Below, piece after piece: positions 10,398 through 20,411 of a stretch of 64,000 bases of DNA. Source of the DNA: an uncultured Fibrobacterota bacterium (GTDB lineage: Bacteria > Fibrobacterota > Chitinivibrionia > Chitinivibrionales > FEN-1185); contig CAVWBU010000047.1 of the NCBI GenBank assembly GCA_963753345.1, positions 96,001 to 160,000 of the forward strand, written 5' to 3'. The notes below the pieces were generated by a model. That model had not been told where the DNA came from. It was given only the letters and a program-made list of their open reading frames with translations, and ran no database searches. The stretch's first letter is position 1. Every line of letters begins with the position of its first letter. Position numbers and translations under genes: made by a program.

Positions 10398-11435
10398 TTA
10401 CCGGTACACGGTCCTGTTGCTGCACAGCATGCCGTAGGCATCGGTGCAGCAGGAGCATGCATCGGGAACCTTTGCGGCCTTATGCATTGCCCTGAACGAC
10501 GAATAGTCCCTGCCGAACCAGACTCTCCTTGCATCGTCCTTCAGGATATTGCCGAACACCACGGGTTCGGTGCGCTGCTGTTTGTCAAACAGGAAAAACG
10601 ATGTCGTTACGGAAAGGTAATCGCAGGGACAGACATTGCCCCTGATGTCGACAAACAGTTCGAGGCACTGCCGGCATCCCAGCCGTTCGGGCCGCATCCG
10701 CGGAAGATGGAGCGTCTGTCCGTTGCGCCGGGCCCGCGCAATCGCCTCGCGGAAAACCGCCTCGGCGCTCGGGTTGCCCTCTTCGCGGTACAGCGCCAGC
10801 TGCGCCAGTTCTTTGGAAAAACACAGCAGGTTGGAGACGAACACGGTTTTCACGCCGAGCGAGTTGACAAAATCCACATACTGCGGGAATTCTCCTATGT
10901 TGTCCCGGTGGGCCACGAACACGGTCTTGATCGCGCTGCGCGGAAGCCCGCTCCCAAGGTCCTTGATGGTCTGCACGGTGCGTTCAAACGACGAGCCGGT
11001 CTTGAACGCCTCCACGGTCTCCTTGTTCACGCCGTCCAGCGACACCACCACTTCGGGCACGGCAAACTTCGACAGCATGGCAACGGTGTCGCTGGCAAAG
11101 CTGTTGCCGTTGGTGTAGACGGGAAACCGTACCTTCGGATTGATCGCCAGCACGTGCTCCATCATCCGGAAAATGTCTTTGTTGAGCAGCGCCTCGAACC
11201 CGGAGAAGAAAAAGTATTCTGCGCGCTCGACAAAGGGCCGTATCCGCTCCACCCGGCGCGCAAATTCCTCAAAATCAATTGTTCCCCGGGGCCCATCCGG
11301 AATGTCGGTGCCGAACTGGTTGAGAAAGCAGTGCCGGCACTTGAGGTTGCAGCCGGACACGGTCTGAAGGATAATCGACGAAGGATAGCCGAAAATCTTG
11401 CGGTCAATGAAGCGCTTGAGTCTGACGGGAAGCAT
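10398..11435 (-). CDS. Radical SAM/SPASM domain protein
   Basis: CNLKCRHC (CxxxCxxC), SLDG, C-terminal GC..C...GNVCPC...GNI...CSCC. Confidence 0.88.
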   Translation of the reverse strand: MLPVRLKRFIDRKIFGYPSSIILQTVSGCNLKCRHCFLNQFGTDIPDGPRGTIDFEEFARRVERIRPFVERAEYFFFSGFEALLNKDIFRMMEHVLAINPKVRFPVYTNGNSFASDTVAMLSKFAVPEVVVSLDGVNKETVEAFKTGSSFERTVQTIKDLGSGLPRSAIKTVFVAHRDNIGEFPQYVDFVNSLGVKTVFVSNLLCFSKELAQLALYREEGNPSAEAVFREAIARARRNGQTLHLPRMRPERLGCRQCLELFVDIRGNVCPCDYLSVTTSFFLFDKQQRTEPVVFGNILKDDARRVWFGRDYSSFRAMHKAAKVPDACSCCTDAYGMLCSNRTVYR

Positions 11436-11602
11436 TTATTCTTACTCCGAATGTGCCGGTGCAGTCAAAATAGTTGATGAAACCGGGCTGCAATACGCCT
11501 GATTCTTCCGGAAGTTATATCGGGAAATGGATTCTTGCTTCGGGGGGAGAGATATGATCGATGATCATACCATATTTTTCTCTGCGGCTGGATTCTTCAT
11601 TG

Positions 11603-12383
11603 TCAAGCACCTTCGCCTCGTAATTCCCTAATCAGTTTCCCCGGGTCCTTCGTCCTCATCAGCGACTCCCCCACCAGCAGCGCCGAAACTCCTGCCTTGT
11701 AAAGCATGGCCGCCTGGTCCGCGTTTTCTATGCCGCTTTCGGAAACAAGCACCATGTCCCTGGGTACGTGAGGAGCGATGGCAAGCGTGGCGGCAACATT
11801 CGTCTCAAAAGTGGCGAGGTCGCGGTTGTTGACGCCGATGCAGGAGGGAAGCGGTGAAAGCGAAAGCACGCGGTCGAGTTCGCTGGCGTTGCGCACCTCA
11901 AAAAGAATGTCGAGCCCCTGTTCGCGTCCCGCGCAGTACAGTTCGTCAAGCTGGCCGCGCGACAGCGCGGCGACGATGAGCAGCATGGCGTCGGCGTTCA
12001 TGGCGGCGGTCTGGAGAACCTGGACCGGGTCGATGATGAAATCCTTGCGCAGCACCGCTCAGCGGCGCCGCGTTTCTGGCGGTCTCGAGGCAGGCCTGCG
12101 ATCCCTGGAAAAATTTTTCGTCGGTGAGCACCGACAGGGCCGCCGCCCCGGCCGCATGGTATTTCTTTGCGATGGCCGCAGGGTCGAATTCCCGCGCTAT
12201 AACGCCCTTGCTGGGAGACGCCTTTTTGATTTCCGCGATAACGGCCGGCCCGCCTTCGCGGCGCAGCGCCTTGACAAACGGCCTCCTGTCGCCGGTTCGT
12301 CCCGAAAACCGACCGCGCTCCCTGCGCAGACGGCGCACTTCCTCTGTTTTCGCCGCGATAATGGTGTCGAGGATCGAAGGCAT
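11603..12383 (-). CDS. trpC: Indole-3-glycerol phosphate synthase, split by a +1 frameshift near 12058
   Basis: 5' frame [34 protein letters not shown]; 3' frame [27 protein letters not shown]. Confidence 0.92.
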
Positions 12384-12420
12384 ACTGGCCCGGTTTATTT
12401 GCGAAGGAAAAAACGCTCCG

Positions 12421-12993
12421 TTATATAATCCCTGCAATAAAATTCTTGAGCAGCGCCTTGCCCACCTGCGTGAGGATGGATTCCGGATGGAACTGCACGC
12501 CCTCGATGGGGTATTTTGTGTGCCGCACGCCCATGATGATGCCGTCCTTGGTCTGGCTTGATATTTCGAGACAGTCGGGGCACGACTTGCGCTCGATGAT
12601 GAGGCTGTGGTAGCGCGTGGCAATAAAGGGATTGGGAATGTTCGTGTAAATCTTCTTCCCGTCGTGGTGGATCTCCGACACCTTGCCGTGCATGAGATAC
12701 GGCGCGCGCACGACGCTGCCGCCGAACGCGGCGCCGATGGCCTGATGTCCCAGGCACACGCCGAGCAGCGGAATTTTCGGACCGAATGTTGTGATGACCT
12801 CAATGGAAATCCCGGCCTCGGCCGGCGTGCACGGCCCGGGCGAGACAACGATTGCCTTGGGGGAAAGCGCGCGGATTTCGTCGAGGGAGATCCTGTCGTT
12901 CCGCGCGACGCGCACCTCTCCCTTGTACAGTTCGCCGAGGTACTGCACCAGATTAAAGGTGAACGAGTCGTAATTGTCGATGATCAGGATCAT
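12421..12993 (-). CDS. trpG: Anthranilate synthase component II (glutamine amidotransferase)
   Basis: [41 protein letters not shown]. Confidence 0.95.
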   Translation of the reverse strand: MILIIDNYDSFTFNLVQYLGELYKGEVRVARNDRISLDEIRALSPKAIVVSPGPCTPAEAGISIEVITTFGPKIPLLGVCLGHQAIGAAFGGSVVRAPYLMHGKVSEIHHDGKKIYTNIPNPFIATRYHSLIIERKSCPDCLEISSQTKDGIIMGVRHTKYPIEGVQFHPESILTQVGKALLKNFIAGII

Positions 12994-12999
12994 CGGAGC

Positions 13000-14481
13000 T
13001 CAGTCTCTTCCTATGATGCTTTTCGCGTCGTTGATGGCGGTGAGAAGCGCGCGGGCCTTGTTCATGGTCTCGTCGTATTCGAGGGACGGAACCGAGTCTG
13101 CCACGATGCCCGCGCCTGCCTGGATGTACGCCGTGCCGCCCTTGCACACCACGGTGCGGATCACGATGCAGGTGTCGAGGCTGCCGGAAAAGTCGATGTA
13201 GCCGAGCGCGCCGCCGTAGATGCCGCGCCGCACCGGTTCCAGTTCGTCAATGATCTCCATGGCGCGGATCTTGGGGGCGCCCGACAGCGTGCCCGCCGGG
13301 AAACACGCGAACAGCGCGTCGAGCGCATCCTTGCCGGGCACAAGCGTTCCGGAAACGTTCGATACGAGGTGCATCACGTGCGAATACTGCTCCACGTGCA
13401 TCATCTCCTCCACCTTCACGCTGCCGTAAACGCTTACGCGGCCCACGTCGTTCCTGCCGAGATCGACGAGCATGATGTGCTCGGCCGTTTCCTTCGGGTC
13501 CTTGGTGAGCTCGTCGGCGAGGCGCTCGTCCTCCGCCTCGGTCGCGCCGCGCGGCCGCGACCCTGCAATGGGCCTCATTTCAACCATGCCGTTTTCGACC
13601 CGCACCATCATTTCCGGGGACGAGCCCGCGACCTGCACGCCGTTCAGCGACAGGAAGTACATATACGGCGACGGGTTTACGGTGCGCAGGATGCGGTAGA
13701 TGTCGAACGGGTTTGCGTCCACGCGCACGCTGATGCGCTGGGACGGCACCACCTGGAACACGTCGCCTGCGCGGATGTATTCCTTGCACGCCGCCACCGC
13801 CGCTTCGTACTGCTCTCTGGTGAACGTCGACGACGATTCCTTGACGTCGTGCACGGTCACGCCCGAAGACGCAAGCCGTACCGCAAGCTTGTCTTCGAGA
13901 CTGCCGAGCGTGTGGCACGCATCCTTGTACGCATCCTCGAGAGGAACGCCGTCGTCCGTCCGAATGGTGGTGATGAGCAGAAGCTTGTGCTCGCGATTGT
14001 CAAATGCGATGATGTCGCGGTACAGGCCGAAGAATATCTCGTCGACAAGGTTTTCATTGGGGTTCTTATCCGGGATTTCCTCAAACAGCCGAACGCAGTC
14101 GTAGGAAAAATATCCGACTGCGCCGCCGCACAGCCGCGGCAGCCCTTCCACACGGACCGTCCTGTACCGCGCCAGCAGCGAGCGGAGGCGTGCAACAGGG
14201 TCGCCCTCGCCCTTTTCCGCGTTTTGCCCCGCAATCTCCCACGACATGCCGTTGCTCCGGAACGTCGCGAACGGCTTTCCGCCGATAAAGGAGTACCGCG
14301 CCACCTTGTCGCCGCCGGTCACGCTTTCCAGCAGGAAGCTGTATGGTTCGTCTTTGTAAAGCTTGAGCCAGACCGACACGGGGGTTTCGGTGTCGGCCAG
14401 TATTTTATGGCAAACCGGGATAATGTTCCCCTGGCCTTGTTGGTCGAGAACTTTTATTTGTTCGAGAGACGGGATAATCAT
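13000..14481 (-). CDS. trpE: Anthranilate synthase component I
   Basis: LLES, NPSPYMY, GSSPE, PIAGSRPRG, EHIMLVDLGRND, FPAGTLSGAPK. Confidence 0.95.
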   Translation of the reverse strand: MIIPSLEQIKVLDQQGQGNIIPVCHKILADTETPVSVWLKLYKDEPYSFLLESVTGGDKVARYSFIGGKPFATFRSNGMSWEIAGQNAEKGEGDPVARLRSLLARYRTVRVEGLPRLCGGAVGYFSYDCVRLFEEIPDKNPNENLVDEIFFGLYRDIIAFDNREHKLLLITTIRTDDGVPLEDAYKDACHTLGSLEDKLAVRLASSGVTVHDVKESSSTFTREQYEAAVAACKEYIRAGDVFQVVPSQRISVRVDANPFDIYRILRTVNPSPYMYFLSLNGVQVAGSSPEMMVRVENGMVEMRPIAGSRPRGATEAEDERLADELTKDPKETAEHIMLVDLGRNDVGRVSVYGSVKVEEMMHVEQYSHVMHLVSNVSGTLVPGKDALDALFACFPAGTLSGAPKIRAMEIIDELEPVRRGIYGGALGYIDFSGSLDTCIVIRTVVCKGGTAYIQAGAGIVADSVPSLEYDETMNKARALLTAINDAKSIIGRD

Positions 14482-14529
14482 GATGACTTACAATCCTTGA
14501 AAAAACTTAACGGGGAATAATGAAAATAA

Positions 14530-14739
14530 TTGGGCGTTGCCCTCCCCCTCGACTTCGCTTGGGGTCGGGCCGGTCTCCCTCCGGGCTCGGGCCATCTAAT
14601 TGTAGAATGTAGAATTTAGATTGTAGAATTGAAATACAAACATCGGAACATTTTTTCAATCTACATTCATCAATCTAAAATCTACAATTTAGTGGCGGCA
14701 ATTCGCTCTGGCTCACCCTCCGGTCCACCTAACGTGCGG
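14530..14739 (+). repeat. Dispersed repeat family B, copy 1, with an internal heptamer-repeat hairpin
   Basis: 14697-14739 matches the reverse complement of 55111-55153 at 41/43 nt. Both copies begin TTGGGCGTT and share GGGGTCGG. Confidence 0.85.
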
Positions 14740-14892
14740 CAGCGGGACTTCTTCTTAGTCAATTATCTTCTTCACGCCAATCGGAGTATTTAGGAAATCG
14801 GCTATTGTTTTCATGCAATTCCCATACTCCTCAACTACTCCTCGTGGGTGCCGCCACAGCAATGCATGGTCTAGCAGCTGCTTTGTCAAGGC

Positions 14893-14996
14893 GGCTACCC
14901 AGGAGGGGGTGGCGGAGGACCGGTCGCGTATGATCAAAAAATCTGTTTGTTGAAGCGATGCGACCGGGCCGGAGCGAGGGGGACACTTCCCCCACC
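14893..14996 (-). repeat. Dispersed repeat family A, copy 2 (just downstream of valS)
   Basis: Reverse complement GGGGGAAGTGTCCCCCTCGCTCC...CGCCACCCCCTCCTGGGT. Confidence 0.78.
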
Positions 14997-15007
14997 AAAA
15001 ACTTTAA

Positions 15008-17669
15008 TTAATTCAAAGCTGCCAGACTTCTCTTCAACTTCTCCAAATTTTCAAGAACACCTAAGTATTTTTCGTTTTCCTTTTTGACAACTTCCGGCGG
15101 CGCCTTGTCCGCGAAATTCGGGTTCGAAAGCTTTGCCTTTGTCGCCTCCGCGAATTTTTCGGTCTTGGCTATTTCCTTGGAAATCCTGTCGCGCTCCACC
15201 TTCCTGTCGATGAGCCCTTCGAGCTCCAAATATACCTGATGACCCAGAACCACGGCCTGGCCCGCAAAGCCGGGCCGCTTGGCCGCCGTGTCGACAACGG
15301 TTTCTTTGAGCCTGCAGAACATGTTGATCTCATTGACATGCGGCAAAAGCATTCGCGCGGCCCCGGAACTTGACGGAATAATAACCGCGCGGCCCTTCTT
15401 GTCCGGCGGAATGTTGTTTTCCGACCGGATGGTGCGCAGGGCGGTGATCACGTCCATAAGCAGCAGAAATTCAGATTCGACGGCCGCATTGACGCGCGAA
15501 GCGTCTTGTACGGGATACGAGGCCTTCATGATGGTGTCGCTGTCGAGCAGCGGCGGATACTCGATTTTCTCCCGCAGCGCCTGCCAGATTTCCTCGGTGA
15601 CAAACGGCATGAGCGGATGCAGCAACTTGAGGATGCTGCCGAGCACCCATGAGCATACGTTGAGCGCGTTCGCCGCGCGGCCAGGGTCGTCGGTCTGGTA
15701 GAAATCGGCCTTTTTCGCCTCGATGTACCAGTCGCAGAAGTCGTGCCACGTGAAGTCGTACAGGCTGTGGGCGGCCTCGTTGAGCCGGTACGACGAGAGG
15801 GCGGCCGACACGTCCGCAACAACCGTGTTGAGGCGGGACAGGATCCACACGTCGAACGGCGCAAGGCGGTCCGCCGGCGGCAGCGCCGCAAATGAATGCC
15901 GCTCTTTGATGTTGTCAAGAAGAAAACGGGACGCGTTCCACAGCTTGTTGCCGAAGTTCCTGCCGATGTCGAAGGTGTCGGGCTCCAGAAAAACATCCGC
16001 GCCCTGCGACGTGATCATGACAAGCGAGAACCGGAGCGCGTCGGCCCCGGACTTCGCAATCACCGCGAGCGGGTCGATGGAGTTTCCCAGCGACTTGCTC
16101 ATCTTGCGGCCGGTGGCGTCCCGCACGGTCCCGTGGAGGATGACGTCGGTAAAGGGCAGCTTTCCCGTAAAATGCAGTCCGGCCATGATCATGCGCGCCA
16201 CCCAGAAAAACAGGATTTCCGGGGCCGTGACGAGCACGTCGGTTGGATAGAATTTGTCAAGCACCTTCGTCCGGTCGGGCCAGCCCATGGTTGAAAAGGG
16301 CCACAGCCACGACGAGAACCACGTGTCGAGCACGTCGTCGTCCTGCGCCAGCGACACACCGTTGCATCCGGGGCACGAAGCGGGGGTGTCTTCGGCGACA
16401 ATGGTCTTTCCGCAGTCTTTGCAGTACCATACGGGAATGCGGTGTCCCCACCAGATCTGGCGCGAAATGCACCAGTCGCGGATGTTTTCCATCCAGTCGA
16501 TGTAGGTTTTTCTCCACCGGGCCGGATAAAACGTTACGCGGTTGTCAACCGCTGCGGCAAGCGCGCCTGCGGCCAGCGGTTTCATCTTCACGAACCACTG
16601 GTTGGAATAGTACGGCTCCACCACGGTGTGGCAGCGGTAGCAGTGTCCCACGGCGTGGACGTGGTCTTCTATCTTGTCAACAAGGCCGAGCGCCTCCATG
16701 TCGGCGACGATCTCCTTGCGGCACGCAAAACGGTCGGTGCCGATGTATTTCTGCGGGATGGGGCCGGTCATGCAGCCGCCCTCGTCCATGACCACGATGG
16801 GCGCCATGGCATGGCGCAGGCCCATCTGGAAGTCGTTGGGGTCGTGCGCGGGCGTCACCTTCACCGCGCCGGTGCCGAATTCCCGGTCCACGAAGTCGTC
16901 GGCGATAATGGGGATCTCCCGGTTTACAAGAGGCAAGACAAGCATCTTCCCCACAAGGGCGGTGTACCGCTCGTCGGCCGGGTTCACCGCCACGGCCGTA
17001 TCGCCGAGCATGGTTTCGGGCCGGGTGGTTGCAACCGTGACGGACCCGTTCCCGTCTGCAAAGGGATACCTGAAATGATACAGTTTGCCGTTGGACTTCC
17101 TTGTGCTCGGCCTCCTCGTCGGACAGCGCGGTGCGGCAGCGCGGGCACCAGTTGATGATGTATTTGCCGCGGTAGATGAGTCCTTCGTTGTACAGCTGCA
17201 CGAACACTTTTCGCACCGCGCGGGAGAGCCCTTCGTCCATGGTGAAGCGCTCCCGGTCCCAGTCGCACGACGAGCCGAGCTTCTTGAGCTGGTTGGTGAT
17301 GGTCGCATGGTACTGTTCCTTCCAGCTCCACACTTCCTTGACAAACGCCTCCCTGCCCAGGTCGTGGCGGGTCTTTTTCTCCTTGGCGAGCTTCTTCTCA
17401 ACAACGTTCTGCGTGGCAATGCCGGCATGGTCGGTGCCCGGCATCCACAGGGCCTCGAAGCCCTGCATGCGTTTGAAACGGATGAGAATGTCCTGGATCG
17501 TGTTGTTGAGCGCGTGGCCCATGTGAAGAATGCCGGTCACGTTGGGCGGCGGGATCACAATCGAATACTTCGGTTTGGTGGAATTCTCATCGGCATGGAA
17601 ATGCCCCCTCTCCATCCAGGAGGCATACCATTTGTCTTCGACGCGCGCAGGGTCGTATTGCTTTTCCAT
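15008..17669 (-). CDS. valS: Valine--tRNA ligase; +1 frameshift near 17093
   Basis: [24 protein letters not shown] (5' frame); [28 protein letters not shown] (3' frame). Confidence 0.96.
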
Positions 17670-17897
17670 TGGGCACGCTCTCCGAAACCGCAGGGATCGC
17701 CGGGAAAATCAGCCCTTTTCGGCAGTGGTTGTGCCGGAAAGTGAAGCAGGAAATATACAACAACGCTGGAGATTTTGAAGAGAAAAGAGGAAACGGATCA
17801 GGCCGTTATCCGGCTGCGTTCCGCGCTCCCTGTGCCGCGGGGCAGACAAGCCGGGCAACGGCAATGTGCCCGCTGCTCATTGGCTGCCCCGTGCAGG

Positions 17898-18536
17898 TCA
17901 GTTGCCGTACAGCGCCCTAAGCTGGTCCACGGTCGGATGCCCGGCGTAGAATTCTCCCTGCGGCCCTATATAGCCGTCCTTGTGTTTGACAAGCTTGACG
18001 GAAGAAAACCCGCCTTTCGAATTCGGAACGCCCACGGTAACCGTGTCGGCAGATGCCGACTTCTGCTGGCCGGCTGCCGCCTGCGACGCCCCTGGTGCGC
18101 TCGACAGCGATTTCGCTTCGGTACCGGTTCCCGATGCCGTTGACGTCTGCGACGGTGCGTTGTTCTGCACCGATGCCGCAGGAGCGGCGGTTGTCGCCGG
18201 CTGAGGCGGCGGCGGTGACACAATCACGTAACCGTCCGAATACGGCCGGAAATATACGCCGTTATAGTAGTAGTACCTTTCGGCGCCGACAATAAAAGTG
18301 GTGGAGCCGTCGGGAAGATAGGCGACATAGGCGCCTATCGGAGGCGCAATAACCGTAACGTCTGGCCACCAGGGACCGTAGTACGGCCAGCCGTAGTACC
18401 CATGATAGTAGAATCCACCGTGGTAGAAATGTCCGCCGAAACGACCCCAGGCAAACGCGCTTGAAGACGACAGTATCATGATCATCGCGGCCGCAATTGC
18501 AAGTGCCGCCCCTTGCCGTGCTGTGTGACTGTTCAT
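17898..18536 (-). CDS. Secreted Gly/Tyr/His-rich protein (DUF6515-like)
   Basis: Signal peptide; APPIGAYVAYLP...RYYYYNGVYFRPYSDGYVIV; GYIGPQGEFY; AGGAGG RBS. Confidence 0.75.
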   Translation of the reverse strand: MNSHTARQGAALAIAAAMIMILSSSSAFAWGRFGGHFYHGGFYYHGYYGWPYYGPWWPDVTVIAPPIGAYVAYLPDGSTTFIVGAERYYYYNGVYFRPYSDGYVIVSPPPPQPATTAAPAASVQNNAPSQTSTASGTGTEAKSLSSAPGASQAAAGQQKSASADTVTVGVPNSKGGFSSVKLVKHKDGYIGPQGEFYAGHPTVDQLRALYGN

Positions 18537-18704
18537 AAACCCCTCCTTTCCCAACCATAAATTAGACGGAGAGAAGAACCGGAGCGTTACAGGAACTGCG
18601 TTGGCTCTTCAGCGACAAATATAACAAAAAAACAGCCCCGCGTGTTGAAACGCGACACTGGGCTGCGCACGGAATCTGTGGGCAATCCAGATCGAAGCGA
18701 ATTT

Positions 18705-19163
18705 CTAATCGTCTTCGCCGTGACCCCAGTGTGCGTGCCTTCTTTCGTGCCCAAAACCCCTCGCCCGTTTACCCTGCATTTCAAGGAACTTCTTAAACTG
18801 CTCCGGCGTAAGAATTTGCTTGATCTTCATAATGTTTGAAATGCTGTTCTTGATCATCTGTTTGTGCTGCTGCGCAATTTGGTCGGCATATCCTTCGAGA
18901 GCGGTCTGGTCCGGTTTGGCCTTGAGAAATTCATCCTTCATCTTGTGGCGAAGAGCCTTGGCGGCCTCAAAACCGGCCTTCATCTTTTCCCGCATTTCTT
19001 TGCGCTGCTGTTTGAGTTGGTCCTGCTGCGCCTGACTAAGTCCCAGTGCAGCCCAGCCATGGTGTCCATGGCAGCAGCATCCAGCCGAATCCTGGCCCGC
19101 ATACAGCGGAGCAGCGAGAAGCCCGGCGACAGATACGGCGATCATCACAATATGTCGGGTCAT
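18705..19163 (-). CDS. Spy/CpxP-family periplasmic protein (LTxxQ motif)
   Basis: Signal peptide, LGLSQAQQDQL, ILTPEQFKKF, His-rich ends; AAGGAGG RBS. Confidence 0.82.
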   Translation of the reverse strand: MTRHIVMIAVSVAGLLAAPLYAGQDSAGCCCHGHHGWAALGLSQAQQDQLKQQRKEMREKMKAGFEAAKALRHKMKDEFLKAKPDQTALEGYADQIAQQHKQMIKNSISNIMKIKQILTPEQFKKFLEMQGKRARGFGHERRHAHWGHGEDD

Positions 19164-19382
19164 GATTTCCTCCTTTTGTAAATATCCTGTGAGATTTCCG
19201 TTCCCCCTCGTGTTCAACGCATTTGACCATATGCGGACGGCCCTTGTTACGCTTAAGGACCTGCTCGCATTCCGCAGATCATGCGGCAACGCTGCCGAAA
19301 CACCTCTGCCCACCTCGCGGTCTAACTATATTTAGGTACTGTTGCACCTCGTCAACATTTTCTTCCCATGGAGGTTGGCATC

Positions 19383-20231
19383 GTGAGGAAAACTCTGCCG
19401 TTGCTGTGCATCATCCTGGCCTTGGTGCTTATGGTCTGCGAACCGCCCGAAATCGTTCAAAGCAAATGGACGGACGCAGACAGCCTCCTCACCGTTGATC
19501 CCGGCCGCTGGAAAACCTTTGTGCAATATCCCGACGATCCTCAATTCGGGATCGGCGTGAAAAACGACGATAGATTCCTGTACCTCTGCATGACCTCCTG
19601 GAAGCGGGAGGTAAACGAGCGCATTCTGAGGCACGGGTTCACTACCTGGTTTACGAGCAAGTCGAAAAAGGGCAAACGGTTCGGCATTCACTACCCCATG
19701 GGGCTTCCGGACAATGCGCTGGCCGCGGACCGTCGGTCTCACCGAGGAGGCGGAGGCCGAGAACCTGTCAGGCAGATGACGGTGGAGATGTTCCAGGAAA
19801 TGGAACTTCTGGGGCCGGGAAAAAACGACAGCGTTCCCGTTAAAATTGCCGTTGCCGAGACCTTCGGCATTGTTGCAAAGTTGTTTCCCACCGACGAGAG
19901 CCTTGTCTACCTGCTCAAGGTTCCGTTCAATTCCGATTCGGTAAGCAAGTACGCTATGGACGTCGGAAAAGACACGCTGATAAGCGTGACCTTTGAGACC
20001 TTTGTTCCGGAGTCTCCGTCCGACCACGAAGGAGCGGATGGCCAGCAGGCGTCGGTTCCCATGGGTATGGGCGGGGGCAGTAGTGGCAGTGCGGGGGCCG
20101 GCGGAACCCACGGCGGCGGCATGCACGGCGGCGGTGGCGGCCGCGAAGCCCCGGTTGCCGAGGAATTTGTCGCGCCGTTCAGCGCCGGTTTTACAATAGG
20201 GAAAGCCGGAAGTAAAGAGCCACGGCCATAG
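19383..20231 (+). CDS. Hypothetical lipoprotein with Gly-rich segment
   Basis: GGAGG RBS, hydrophobic N-terminus with Cys; VKNDDRFLYL and KRFGIHYPMG motifs. Confidence 0.7.
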   Translation: MRKTLPLLCIILALVLMVCEPPEIVQSKWTDADSLLTVDPGRWKTFVQYPDDPQFGIGVKNDDRFLYLCMTSWKREVNERILRHGFTTWFTSKSKKGKRFGIHYPMGLPDNALAADRRSHRGGGGREPVRQMTVEMFQEMELLGPGKNDSVPVKIAVAETFGIVAKLFPTDESLVYLLKVPFNSDSVSKYAMDVGKDTLISVTFETFVPESPSDHEGADGQQASVPMGMGGGSSGSAGAGGTHGGGMHGGGGGREAPVAEEFVAPFSAGFTIGKAGSKEPRP

Positions 20232-20250
20232 GCCGTGGCTTTGATGAGGG

Positions 20251-20393
20251 GGTGTAACCCCCGAAATCAAAGAAAAGCGCGTAAGCGCTTTAGCGTAACA
20301 TTGTGCACCACGCCCATAGGGCGTGGTCTGTTTTTGAGAAAACGCCATTGGCTTTTCTCTACTGCTTGTTCACGCTGCACAAAATCAGGGAAA
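20251..20393 (+). repeat. Dispersed structured repeat family C, copy 1 (MITE-like or ncRNA)
   Basis: Near-identical to 50436-50588; several internal hairpins. Confidence 0.9.
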
Positions 20394-20411
20394 ATAGCCG
20401 CAGCGCCTTCC

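Noticed and set aside
14755..14937. 60-aa minus-strand ORF upstream of trpE as a trp leader peptide
   Set aside because: No tandem Trp codons. It overlaps a family A repeat and no attenuator terminator is evident.
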